A stretch of DNA of 64,000 nt, from positions 83,209-147,208 of the forward strand of contig OZ252215.1 in the NCBI GenBank assembly GCA_965249025.1, in the 5' to 3' direction. A program made the position numbers and the translations under genes. Numbering within the stretch: the stretch's first letter is position 1; the number at the start of each line of letters is the position of its first letter. Below are positions 17,117 to 25,799 of the stretch, in pieces. Source of the DNA: Dehalococcoidia bacterium (lineage in GTDB: Bacteria > Chloroflexota > Dehalococcoidia > Lucifugimonadales > CAYTFF01). Under the pieces are notes generated by a model. The model made no database searches and was not told where the DNA came from. It worked only from the letters and a program-made list of their open reading frames with translations.

Positions 17117-18406
17117 TCATAAACCTTCTCGGTTCTCCGACATATCCGCCTCGAGCGTTGCTTTCTGGATCTCTTCAGGAGGCTTCACTTTACGGAACAC
17201 CATGTAGAGAGAGATGTCATAAACAATCTTGAGAACTCCAGAGAATACAAAGGGGGCGCTACTGGAGATGGCGTTCCATAAGGCAGTTCCAACAGAGGGC
17301 CCGATGGTCTGGTTGATGCTTCGTACCCCCAGGCGTAAGCTCACCATAGTTACGCGCTCTTCGGGGAGGACAATGGCTAACGTATAAGAGTCCCTGGTAG
17401 GCACATCCATCTGGTTTAAGAGAGATCGAAGTTGCCAGAATATGACTGCCATCCACGCTACGGGAGCGAAGGCTACCGCTATCAACAAAACGCTAGTGGG
17501 AATGTGGGTGAAGACCATTGTCTTTAGAAGGCCTATTCTATTGGCTATCTTGGCGGACAACCACAGTGAGATTACAGCTAGAAGTTGGGCTGTGAAGAAG
17601 ATTAAGGCCAGTCCTCCTAGCTCTATTCCAAACTTAGTAAAGAACCAATATACCACAAGGCCCTGTACGATGAGGCCACTGGCAAACTGGTCAACGCTAA
17701 AGAGGGCGATTAGAGGGAGGATGATTCGCCTAGAGGGGAGCTTCAAAGGGTTTATCCATCGCCGCTCTTCAAAACGACCATCCATAGCGGGTGATAGGGA
17801 CCTATATAGAAGAGAAAGAACAACCATAAGAGCGACAAAGAATAGGAACATGGTTTTAAAGGAGAAGGCTGGGCTTGTGTGAAATACGTCCTGAATTACC
17901 GTTGGAAGCCCTGCGGCCAGGGATCCCAAGGCGACGCCAATGGTAGAGACCATTCGATATATGGCGAAGAGGTCGGTCCGTTTTTGAGGTGGAGCCGTAT
18001 CTGGCAGGCCAGCCTGTTCCAGAGGTTGGATTGGTCCTCCTAGTGAACCGGCGCCGCCGCCACTTAGACCGCCAACGAAGGATATGAGCATTAACGGTAT
18101 CACATCGTCTACAAAGACAAGGGCTGTTCCTGAGATAGCTAGGAGGAGAGTGAATATGGTGAGTAGCTGTCTTCGTCCTACTCTTTCCCCGATGAATCCG
18201 GCCAGGAAGGTAAAGAAAGCAGAACCGGCTGCCCCCGCGCTAAGAAAGAAGCCAATTTGTACGAGGGTAAAGCCGAGATAGTCAAGGTAGATCGGCAGCA
18301 GTAAGGTTAGAGAACCCAGACCTAGGGTTAGCACTCCTCTGGAAAGAATGACGATTTTAGCGTCTCTGCTTATCCAACCAAGGGATGAAACTAAGGGAAA
18401 GTTCAC
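17117..18406 (-). CDS. MFS transporter
   Basis: About 12 predicted hydrophobic segments and the loop motif GERVGRRQ between TM2 and TM3; 429 aa. Confidence 0.8.
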   Translation of the reverse strand: MNFPLVSSLGWISRDAKIVILSRGVLTLGLGSLTLLLPIYLDYLGFTLVQIGFFLSAGAAGSAFFTFLAGFIGERVGRRQLLTIFTLLLAISGTALVFVDDVIPLMLISFVGGLSGGGAGSLGGPIQPLEQAGLPDTAPPQKRTDLFAIYRMVSTIGVALGSLAAGLPTVIQDVFHTSPAFSFKTMFLFFVALMVVLSLLYRSLSPAMDGRFEERRWINPLKLPSRRIILPLIALFSVDQFASGLIVQGLVVYWFFTKFGIELGGLALIFFTAQLLAVISLWLSAKIANRIGLLKTMVFTHIPTSVLLIAVAFAPVAWMAVIFWQLRSLLNQMDVPTRDSYTLAIVLPEERVTMVSLRLGVRSINQTIGPSVGTALWNAISSSAPFVFSGVLKIVYDISLYMVFRKVKPPEEIQKATLEADMSENREGL

Positions 18407-18575
18407 TTAAGCCGTTAGCCCTTCCTACTCCGTGTCGCAACGCGGCCTGCATTATAACACGCTTGGTAGGGTGGTAAGGAGACGAAGCTAACCTGGGGGG
18501 AGCCAAGCATCCAAATTGGCCCCCCCAGGGGTTTCTAATTCGGTGAAGTTCAAATCGATGACAGTGACCGTTAGG

Positions 18576-19541
18576 TTACCACCACAATTTGCCGTCTACC
18601 TCTTCCTTGAGGTCTCCAAAATCTTTGGTCCAAAGACCGGTGCTAAGGTATTTCCAGCCACCGTCCGCTAAGAGGCAGACGATGTTTCCGTTTTTCATTC
18701 GCGTTGCCAGTCTTCTGGCGCAGGCTATCACAGACCCTGAGGAGATGCCAGCAAAGAGACCCTCCTGTTCCATAAGCTCCCTGGTGAAGAAGAAGGCCTC
18801 TCTGCTCTCTATCAGCATCCTAGAATCCAGGACGGATAGGTTCAAAATAGGAGGTATGAACCCCTCTTCCAAGCTCCTTAGGCCCTGAATGGAGTCGTCT
18901 GGGTTGGGGGCAACGGCCACAATCTTGACACTGGGATTATGCTCCTTCAACCGCCGTCCCACCCCCATAAGGGTGCCTCCTGTGCCAAGTCCTGCGACAA
19001 AGACATCCACCTCTGGCAAGTCTCGGATAATCTCTTCTGCCGTTGTCTCGTAGTGGGCCCTGGGATTGGCCTCGTTGCCATACTGGTAGGGCATGAAGTA
19101 TGAGTCGTCCTGGGACGCCATCTCTTGAGCTACAAGGATAGAGCCGTTGGTCCCTCTCGATCCATCTGTAAAATGGATCTCTGCACCGTAGGCTTTGAGG
19201 AGTTGCACTCGCTCCTGGCTTACGTTATCTGGCATAACTACCTTGACCTTATATGCCTTTCGGCGTCCTATCATGGCAAGGGAGATACCGGTGTTGCCGC
19301 TGGTGGGCTCTAAGATAGTCTTGTCTGGCGTGAGAAGCCCTTCTGCTTCGGCCTGTTCAATCATGTACTTGGCTATTCTGTCTTTAACGCTTCCGGTGGG
19401 ATTTGCCCCTTCCAACTTTGCATATATGTTTACCTTTGGATTGGTGCTAGTTCTTTCCAGCTTTACCAAAGGTGTGTTGCCGATGGAGTCCAAGATACTT
19501 TCGTATCTCATATTATTAGGGCTTTTTACGCTGACCACCAT
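18576..19541 (-). CDS. cysM: PLP-dependent cysteine synthase, CysM type (resembles the mycobacterial CysO-dependent O-phosphoserine sulfhydrylase)
   Basis: GSVKDRIA PLP-lysine, EPTSGNTGISLA, YQYGNEANPRAHY, and a C-terminal ADGGWKYLSTG...GKLWW tail, as I recall for M. tuberculosis CysM. A strong AAGGAGG lies 6 nt before ATG 19541. Confidence 0.8.
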   Translation of the reverse strand: MVVSVKSPNNMRYESILDSIGNTPLVKLERTSTNPKVNIYAKLEGANPTGSVKDRIAKYMIEQAEAEGLLTPDKTILEPTSGNTGISLAMIGRRKAYKVKVVMPDNVSQERVQLLKAYGAEIHFTDGSRGTNGSILVAQEMASQDDSYFMPYQYGNEANPRAHYETTAEEIIRDLPEVDVFVAGLGTGGTLMGVGRRLKEHNPSVKIVAVAPNPDDSIQGLRSLEEGFIPPILNLSVLDSRMLIESREAFFFTRELMEQEGLFAGISSGSVIACARRLATRMKNGNIVCLLADGGWKYLSTGLWTKDFGDLKEEVDGKLWW

Positions 19542-19581
19542 AATCCGCCTCCTTGTATGTGAACTTTTCCTCTAAAAGGAG

Positions 19582-20130
19582 TTAGCCTCCTGATTTCAAG
19601 GAAAGGTTATTGCAGCGTTCGCAGGTCTCCTGGGGAATGAGTCCCCATTTCATGAGGTATCCGAATACAAAGCATCCAGCGCAGAATCCTACGAAGGACT
19701 CCAGCGCGGCGAAGATAGCCAGGATCGCGAGTACCCCTTCCGCCGCCACTTGTAAGCCGAAAGGATAGATAAAGATCAGCGCAGTAGTGGAAAAGACAAG
19801 GCCTACAAACTGGGCAAATCGCTTGGGAGGGCCAGCGACGAGTTTGTTTGGATTGCCCAAAAGTGGAACCAGACCCCGGGTAGCCAGCAGCCCCAAGGGG
19901 CTGAGGGTAGGCCCTGTGAGCACGCGCGCCAGGAACCCGTAGGCCAGGAAGAACAACAGCCAGCGGATGTCGAATACGATGATGGTCAGAGCTAATATGA
20001 CCACCATACCTGCTACCATCCTGGCGGCTATCTCGTTGGCTGGATGTGGAAAGCTGAAAACCTCTGAGAGAAAGCTTGGCTTGCTAATAGCTCCTTGGTT
20101 ACTTATTGTTGAGTGGTGCAATTCCTTCAA
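19582..20130 (-). CDS. DUF4395-family membrane protein
   Basis: LFFLAYGFLARVLTGPTLSPLGLLA...PPKRFAQFVGLVFS...FVGFCAGCFVFGYL matches the DUF4395 pattern. The start is uncertain (TTG 20130 or TTG 20121) because of a 9-nt tandem AAGGAATTG duplication at the start. Confidence 0.7.
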   Translation of the reverse strand: MKELHHSTISNQGAISKPSFLSEVFSFPHPANEIAARMVAGMVVILALTIIVFDIRWLLFFLAYGFLARVLTGPTLSPLGLLATRGLVPLLGNPNKLVAGPPKRFAQFVGLVFSTTALIFIYPFGLQVAAEGVLAILAIFAALESFVGFCAGCFVFGYLMKWGLIPQETCERCNNLSLKSGG

Positions 20131-20162
20131 TTCCTTTCTACTTATTCTGATGGTTTCCGGGC

Positions 20163-20199
20163 ATAAAAAGAGCCCTCGTTAGATTTCAACGAGGGCTCT
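20163..20199 (-). terminator. intrinsic terminator inside the 5' leader of DUF4395-cysM (attenuator stem 3:4)
   Basis: Minus strand reads AGAGCCCTCGTT-gaaatct-AACGAGGGCTCT followed by TTTTTAT. This is a 12-bp perfect stem only about 35 nt upstream of the DUF4395 start codon. Confidence 0.7.
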
Positions 20200-20229
20200 A
20201 GACGTCTGCTGTCTATCTTAGCTACGGCA

Positions 20230-20271
20230 CTAGGCGATAGCCCCTCCTATGTGGGGCATACAAGCGCACAT
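20230..20271 (-). CDS. candidate 13-codon leader peptide MCACMPHIGGAIA (Cys codons at positions 2 and 4)
   Basis: ATG TGC GCT TGT ATG CCC CAC ATA GGA GGG GCT ATC GCC TAG overlaps alternative-pairing segments 1 (GCCCC) and 2 (GAGGGGCT). No clear SD precedes it. Confidence 0.35.
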   Translation of the reverse strand: MCACMPHIGGAIA

Positions 20272-20304
20272 TGCTGCGAAGTTGATTTTTATCATTGTAT
20301 TGTA

Positions 20305-20333
20305 AGTATACACTATAGACATTTAAGTGTCAC
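20305..20333 (-). promoter_or_regulatory. candidate sigma70-type promoter for the Cys leader (GTGACA-N17-TATACT)
   Basis: On the minus strand the -35 GTGACA is at 20333-20328 and the -10 TATACT at 20310-20305, with a 17-nt spacer in an AT-rich context about 35 nt upstream of the leader ATG. Confidence 0.35.
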
Positions 20334-20374
20334 TATATCAGTTTGATGATGGGAATCTTATTAAGATTCTAGCG

Positions 20375-20472
20375 TGTCATTCTGAGGAGCGTGGCGACGA
20401 AGAATCCTTGGTACGGTCGCAAGAAAGGCAGACCAAGGATTCTTCCCCAGACAAGTCGGGCTCAGAATGACA
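20375..20472. repeat. palindromic MITE/REP-like element (TGTCATTCTGAG ... CTCAGAATGACA family)
   Basis: Terminal inverted repeats plus an internal inverted GAAGAATCCTTGG/CCAAGGATTCTTC pair. Related copies lie at 25361-25461 and 37907-38034, with a half-copy at 37846-37884. Confidence 0.85.
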
Positions 20473-20620
20473 GGAACCAGAGGATGTCAACTGTAGACAG
20501 CTGACTTCGTCTCGCCGTAGGGCGGACTCCGTCCCCGAGCCGTCGCCAGAGTGGCTTTGGCACGTCGGTGACCGAAGGCGGAGCTACTCGTTCTTCTACT
20601 GGGATAGTTGCCTAAGAATA

Positions 20621-21445
20621 TTATCCGGCTGCTGTCACGGGAGCGCCACAGAAGGCCTCGTAGTCTATTAACTCGGTGACGGTGGGATTGTCGCCACAGA
20701 GGGGGCAGTCCTTGTTGCGCCGCAGCTTGACGGCGCGGAACTCCATGGATAGGGCGTCTATAAGGAGAAGCCGTCCAGAAAGGGACTCGCCGACGTTCAG
20801 GATCAGCTTCATGGTTTCAATGGCCTGTATGGAACCCACTAGGCCTGGCAAGGCTCCCAGGACCCCGGCCTCTGCGCATGTCGGCACCGATCCCGGGGGT
20901 GGGGGGGTTGGGAAGAGGCATCGATAGCAGCCCTGGCCTGGAATGTACACGCTGGCCATGCCGTCGAAGAGCAGAATACTGCCGTCCACCAGAGGCTTGC
21001 CCGCTAGGTAGCAGGCGTCGTTGACCAGGTATCTGGTGGCGAAGTTGTCGGCCCCATTGATCACTATGTCGTAGTTGGGGATGATTTCCATGGCGTTTTC
21101 AGAGGTAATGGGCTCCTCGTGGCCTACCACCTTGACGTCCGGGTTATATCTAGTCAGGGTATCGATGGCGGACTGAATCTTAGGACGGCCAATGTCGTCG
21201 TTTTGGTGCAGTATCTGCCTTTGAAGGTTGGTGATGTCCACGGTATCGAAGTCGACGATACCAATGGTTCCTACGCCGGCAAGGGTTAGGTAGAGGGCTA
21301 CTGGCGAGCCGAGGCCGCCGGCGCCGATTATCAACACTCTGGTTCCCATTAGCTTGCGCTGGCCCTTGCTGCCAACCTGGGGCATTATAATATGCCTGCT
21401 ATATCTTTTGACCTGTTCTGCCGTTAGCGATAGGGTCTGAGTCAT
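20621..21445 (-). CDS. moeB: ThiF/MoeB/HesA-family adenylyltransferase (E1-like)
   Basis: RYSRHIIMPQVGSKGQRKL...VLIIGAGGLGSP nucleotide-binding motif and two CxxC pairs (CYRC, CPLC). No fused rhodanese domain. ATG 21445 follows AGGGAG; the track start is GTG 21451. Confidence 0.85.
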   Translation of the reverse strand: MTQTLSLTAEQVKRYSRHIIMPQVGSKGQRKLMGTRVLIIGAGGLGSPVALYLTLAGVGTIGIVDFDTVDITNLQRQILHQNDDIGRPKIQSAIDTLTRYNPDVKVVGHEEPITSENAMEIIPNYDIVINGADNFATRYLVNDACYLAGKPLVDGSILLFDGMASVYIPGQGCYRCLFPTPPPPGSVPTCAEAGVLGALPGLVGSIQAIETMKLILNVGESLSGRLLLIDALSMEFRAVKLRRNKDCPLCGDNPTVTELIDYEAFCGAPVTAAG

Positions 21446-21594
21446 GAGCACTCCCTGTTTTTACTGTTTATTCATTTGTTTAGGTGCAATAAGTGCAGAT
21501 GTGGTGCATTATATCAAAAAACCGTTGAGAGAAGGCGGCTTGAAACGGTGTTGGCCGAGTTTCAAAGAATGGTTCACGGAAGGCGAGGATATGG

Positions 21595-22032
21595 CTAGAT
21601 CTGGTACATGCCTCCGCTTACTGTGTGGGCCTGGCGCTGCGCCAACTCGCCGATGGAGGTGAAGTTCAGAACGTTTTGCACCACCTGGTCCACCGACTGC
21701 CATACATCGCGCTGAGCACAGATGCTGTACTGGATGCACTCTGTAGGCTCATCTATACAGTTTAGGGGAGCCGAGGTACCGTCTAAGGTCTCCATTACCA
21801 TGCCTAAGCTTATTTCTTGGGGTGACTTGGCCAGCATATGGCCTCCCTGGGGTCCCCTTCGGCTTCTAATGAGGCCGAATTTGTTCAGGATGGTTAGAAG
21901 CTGGTCAAGGTAAGGCTCAGGTATGCTCTGGCGGTTTGCAATCTCAGCGGTGGGAACAGGCCCAGAGCCAGTTTGCTGGGCCAAATCGATTAGGGCACGA
22001 ACCCCATAGTCCACCTTCATTGGTATCCGCAT
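21595..22032 (-). CDS. Rrf2-family transcriptional regulator
   Basis: N-terminus MKVDYGVRALIDLAQ...PVPTAEIANRQSIPEPYLDQLLTILNKFGLIRSRRGPQGG; 145 aa. Confidence 0.85.
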   Translation of the reverse strand: MRIPMKVDYGVRALIDLAQQTGSGPVPTAEIANRQSIPEPYLDQLLTILNKFGLIRSRRGPQGGHMLAKSPQEISLGMVMETLDGTSAPLNCIDEPTECIQYSICAQRDVWQSVDQVVQNVLNFTSIGELAQRQAHTVSGGMYQI

Positions 22033-22130
22033 CTTCCACCTCTGCGTAGTCTCCGTATCTAAGATTTTACCATTTCAATTGACGACTTACAAGATAGACA
22101 ATGTCAACAAAGCAATGTTAACTTACGATA

Positions 22131-22287
22131 GCTTTGCACAAAAATCTGTTCTTAAAGGAGAGTCCAGAGAACCTGGTTCTCTGGCAGGGGTCTGGGGGTG
22201 TTCCCCAAATACGATTCGAGGGCGTGGTGGGTGGGATAGTCGAGGTCTATTGTTACAATATTGGCCAAAATACCGCTTTTTGTGCAA
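22131..22287. repeat. TIR-bounded ~157-nt interspersed element, copy 2
   Basis: Perfect 11-bp TIRs TTGCACAAAAA / TTTTTGTGCAA and a central hairpin CCAGAGAACC-t-GGTTCTCTGG (22154-22174). Aligns with the reverse complement of 6662-6820. Confidence 0.85.
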
Positions 22288-22446
22288 CGCTACTATCGCT
22301 ACTTACGAGGAAGTTCTTTAGGGGAGACTCAGTTGTTGGCGTAAGGCTCGCGACTGCTTTCAAGATGGGGCGCTCTATGGTAAAATAACTTAGTTTTGTA
22401 GATAGTAATGTCCCCAGTTTTCTAATATAAAGGGTGGTGTGAGGAT

Positions 22447-23127
22447 ATGGAAGCGATAAAATTGGAAACAGCCCCTAGAGATGTGATTGGGAAGAAGGTC
22501 AAGGTCCTTCGCAAAGAGGGACTTACACCTATACATGTCTACGGCAAGAAGATGGACTCCAAGCTCCTTCAGGCCGATACCAAGACGCTGCAGCGGGTGA
22601 TTCAGCGTGTTGGTAAGAACATACCTGTCACTATTGTGGAGGGGAATGGAAAGGGAGAAGGCAAGGGAAACATCTCCTTTGTGCGAGAGGTGCAAGAGCA
22701 CCCCGTGTCTGGGCAGTTGTTGCATGTGGACTTTTACCAGGTGGACGTCTCAGAGCGTATCAAAGCGGAGGTGCCCGTTATTTTGGTGGGTGAGGCCCCT
22801 GCAGTACGTATTGATCATGGTGTGCTGATGCAGGCCCTTCACACTCTGCAGGTGGAGTCGTTGCCTATGGATGTCCCAGAGGGCTTCCAGGTGGACATCT
22901 CCTTTCTGGATGACTTTGAGAAGGCGATTCGCGTAGGCGACATCCCTGTCTCTGGTGATGTGACAATCCTGGCTGACGCTGAGGACGTGATTGCTCGTGT
23001 GAACCCGCCAAGGGTAGAGGAAGAGGTGGCTGAGGTGGCGGCTGAAGAGGGTGCTGAGGTAGAGGCCATCGCTGAAAAGAAGGAGACTGAGGTGGGCGAA
23101 GAAGAGACGAAGGACAAGGAGGAGTGA
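22447..23127 (+). CDS. rplY: 50S ribosomal protein L25 / general stress protein Ctc form
   Basis: L25 N-domain (RDVIGKKVKVLRKEGLTPIHVYG), Ctc-type C-domain and an acidic tail. Confidence 0.9.
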   Translation: MEAIKLETAPRDVIGKKVKVLRKEGLTPIHVYGKKMDSKLLQADTKTLQRVIQRVGKNIPVTIVEGNGKGEGKGNISFVREVQEHPVSGQLLHVDFYQVDVSERIKAEVPVILVGEAPAVRIDHGVLMQALHTLQVESLPMDVPEGFQVDISFLDDFEKAIRVGDIPVSGDVTILADAEDVIARVNPPRVEEEVAEVAAEEGAEVEAIAEKKETEVGEEETKDKEE

Positions 23128-23301
23128 CCCTTTTGTCGCTGTTGCCTCTTTTGCGCCGCGTCCTCTTCGCTAACACGTGGACGGAGGGCGGGGGACTGTG
23201 TCTTGCCATTTTTGTGGTTAGGCTGTTTAATACAAGGGGCACAGACACGCTGTGGGCCTAATCTTTGGCGACTCAGCGGGGATTGACCTCTAGAAGGGGC
23301 G

Positions 23302-23568
23302 ATGAAAGCAGGGGTTCTTGTCGGTTCACTACTCTTAGCCAGTGCAGCGGCGATTGCGCTTAATGCTGGGAACGTTGCCACGGCCAACGGGGGAGATGTC
23401 CATTTAGGAAGCTTTTCTAGTGCGGCGTCATCTGGAGTACTGGGTTTTGCCATCGTAGTTGTTGGGTTGTTTAGCTCCCTCTTTGTGCTAAGATGGCGGC
23501 GATCCAGAAGTTCCCCCAAACGAGGGGATAGGCGTTGGAGGAGAGAAGACCTAGAGTCAGACAAATAA
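23302..23568 (+). CDS. small exported/anchored hypothetical protein
   Basis: N-terminal signal-like helix, a C-terminal hydrophobic helix followed by LRWRRSRSSPKRGDRRWRR. No recognisable family. Confidence 0.35.
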   Translation: MKAGVLVGSLLLASAAAIALNAGNVATANGGDVHLGSFSSAASSGVLGFAIVVVGLFSSLFVLRWRRSRSSPKRGDRRWRREDLESDK

Positions 23569-23629
23569 CTTGAGCTGGTGAAGGTTCGGTTCAGGGGTGA
23601 GTCGATAGCCAAGGGGGTCCTACTCTACA

Positions 23630-24772
23630 TTGGAAAGTTTATCTAAAAGCGTGGCTATTGTTGGGGTAGCGGAGTCGGATGAGTTGGGGGTAGTGCCTGG
23701 GAAGTCGGCTTTGCAGCATCATGCGGAAGCGGCCCACAACGCATTGACGGACGCAGGATTGTCCAAGGACGATGTGGACGGCGTCTTCACGGCTGGTGTG
23801 TCTACTTTGACCACGGCAGAGTATATGGGTATACGGCCCAGTTTCACAGACAATACCACGGTAGGCGGCTCCTCATTCGTCATACACGTTGCCCATGCCC
23901 TTGCTGCGATTAACGCTGGCTACTGTGAGGTGGCCCTTATAACACACGGAGAGACCGGCCGTAGCTCCAGATACAGGCAGGGGTCAGACAATAATCATCC
24001 TGCTACTCAGTATGAGATGCCTTATGGCCTTATAGGGCCACCGGTTACCTACTCGCTGTCTTGCGCCAGATACATGCACGAGTTTGGAGAGAGTCGCACC
24101 AGGGATGCGATGGCTGAGATTGCCGTTGCCACCAGGAAGTGGGCTCAGTTGAATCCAAAGGCCCTCAAGCGGGAGCCGATGAGCTTTGACGACTATCACA
24201 ACGATCGCTGGATAACCTGGCCCTTCCACCGCGCCGACTGCTGCCTCGTGACTGACGCTGGAGCAGCAGTAGTGCTCACTACCGTCGAGCGAGCCCGCAG
24301 CCTAAAAAAGAGGCCTGTCCTGGTCTTGGGAGCTGCAGAGGGCCATGATCACAGAATGATAAGCCAGATGCCCAACTTAACGTCCTTTGTGGCAAGGGAA
24401 ACTGGCAAGAGGGCAATGGCCATGGCAGGGGTAACCCACAATGACATAGACCTGACTATGATCTACGACTCCTTTACTTACACCGTTCTGTTGAGCCTGG
24501 AGGACCTGGGCTTCTGTGGGAAAGGTGAGGGGCCGGACTTCGTCAAGGGGCAGAGGATAGCCCCAGGCGGCGATTTTCCCTTGAATACCAGCGGCGGTGG
24601 ACTGTCCTATACTCACCCTGGCATGTACGGGATATTCTTGGTTGTCGAGGCCGTGCGTCAGCTTAGAGGCGAGGCGGGGGAACGACAGGTTAAGAACGCA
24701 ACAGTCAGTTTGGTCAATGGCACGGGAGGGTCATTGTCGTCTACTGGCACCGCTGTGCTGGCGGTGGACTAG
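23630..24772 (+). CDS. thiolase-fold protein (SCP-x / acetyl-CoA acetyltransferase-like)
   Basis: Thiolase-like N and C domains (VAIVGVAES..., ...NTSGGGLSYTHPGMYG), paired with a DUF35 gene. Confidence 0.85.
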   Translation: MESLSKSVAIVGVAESDELGVVPGKSALQHHAEAAHNALTDAGLSKDDVDGVFTAGVSTLTTAEYMGIRPSFTDNTTVGGSSFVIHVAHALAAINAGYCEVALITHGETGRSSRYRQGSDNNHPATQYEMPYGLIGPPVTYSLSCARYMHEFGESRTRDAMAEIAVATRKWAQLNPKALKREPMSFDDYHNDRWITWPFHRADCCLVTDAGAAVVLTTVERARSLKKRPVLVLGAAEGHDHRMISQMPNLTSFVARETGKRAMAMAGVTHNDIDLTMIYDSFTYTVLLSLEDLGFCGKGEGPDFVKGQRIAPGGDFPLNTSGGGLSYTHPGMYGIFLVVEAVRQLRGEAGERQVKNATVSLVNGTGGSLSSTGTAVLAVD

Positions 24773-24805
24773 GGGTGGCATTTAATAGCGTGGAGACAAA
24801 CTAAT

Positions 24806-25231
24806 ATGGCCCAGGAACAGTACAACAAACCTCTGCCGATGACTCAGCCGGAGTCGGATTTCTATTGGGAGAAGGCCAAGGAGCACCAGCTATGGCTGCG
24901 GAAGTGCAATGATTGCCAGAAGGCCTACTTCTATCCAAGGGACATTTGCCCGGAGTGTTTTTCAAGGGATACCACGTGGGTTCGAGCTAGCGGAAGGGGG
25001 ACTTTGCATACCTTTGCCGTAGTCCATCGCGCTCCCGCGTCTGCCTTCAAAGAGGACGTGCCTTATGTGGTAGCTATGGTTGATCTGGAAGAGGGGCCTC
25101 GCATGCCCACGAGCTTAGTCGATGTAGAGCCTGATCCATCCAAGATCAAGGTGGGTATGCGGGTAGAGGTGGTATTCCAGGATGTGACGGAAAAATTCGC
25201 CTTGCCCAAGTTCAGGCCAGTTTCTGGTTAG
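24806..25231 (+). CDS. Zn-ribbon / OB-fold protein (DUF35 family), thiolase partner
   Basis: CNDCQKAYFYPRDICPECFS zinc ribbon followed by an OB-fold (GTLHTFAVVH...); 141 aa. Confidence 0.85.
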   Translation: MAQEQYNKPLPMTQPESDFYWEKAKEHQLWLRKCNDCQKAYFYPRDICPECFSRDTTWVRASGRGTLHTFAVVHRAPASAFKEDVPYVVAMVDLEEGPRMPTSLVDVEPDPSKIKVGMRVEVVFQDVTEKFALPKFRPVSG

Positions 25232-25360
25232 GCACTTAATATTTGCTAATTGCTCCTTGAAGGCAAGCCCCGCTCATGCTGAACAGGTCGGAGTATGAAG
25301 GATATAGCAGCGAGCGGCTCACCTTTCGACTTGGCTCAGGGTGAGCGGACGTTGCACCCC

Positions 25361-25461
25361 TGTCATTCTGAACGTAGTGAAGAATCCTTGAATTGTTTTT
25401 ATGTCTCACGTGCCAAGGATTCTTCAGTCGTCCGAATCTTTCGGACTCCTTCAGAATGACA
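25361..25461. repeat. palindromic MITE/REP-like element (TGTCATTCTGA family)
   Basis: TGTCATTCTGAA ... TTCAGAATGACA termini with an internal GAAGAATCCTTG / CAAGGATTCTTC pair. Confidence 0.85.
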
Positions 25462-25580
25462 ACTACATTCTTGTTTGTCTTGCTCCAAATACAGGATACA
25501 AGGGTGAGCTTTACTACACTCAACCTGTCAGGACAACGACGAAGCCACCTAAAATAATTGCGACTGGCTGGATAACCGCT

Positions 25581-25799
25581 TTATTTTTCAGGTGGTGTTC
25601 CTTGCTGGTCTTTTTGTATTCTCGGAAGCACCAGGAATCTAAACACAAGGTTCACTATGACCAGAGTAAATAGGGCATCTGCCAGTTTGAGCATAGGTGC
25701 AATGTCAAGGGTGTTGCCAGAGATCCTCAGCAACACATAAGTCGACAAGGCATACAACAAGCCTGCTCTACTCGTCAGCGCTTTGCTTATCTTTAACAC
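25581..25799 (-). CDS. possible small membrane protein
   Basis: The 72-aa ORF has hydrophobic segments and overlaps the DUF971 gene end by 32 nt. No family recognised. Confidence 0.2.
   Translation of the reverse strand: MLKISKALTSRAGLLYALSTYVLLRISGNTLDIAPMLKLADALFTLVIVNLVFRFLVLPRIQKDQQGTPPEK

Noticed and set aside
20200-20620. Search for a hidden ThiS/MoaD/CysO-type sulfur-carrier ORF (C-terminal Gly-Gly) between moeB and DUF4395, and between rrf2 and moeB (21452-21594).
   Set aside because: No ORF of suitable length ending in GG was found on either strand. The space is occupied by the MITE-like repeat, other repeat debris and the leader/attenuator.
22839-23612. Long ORFs antisense to confirmed genes: 22839-23612, 29530-30246, 30433-31056, 51784-52782, 48150-48689 and the many + strand ORFs inside gltB (7381-11500).
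   Set aside because: Each lies entirely opposite a gene with strong family signatures (L25, plsY, gpsA, dnaE, fabF, gltB). Their products are low-complexity (Pro/Ser/Arg/Ala-rich), and no SD or family motif is seen. They are typical shadow ORFs.
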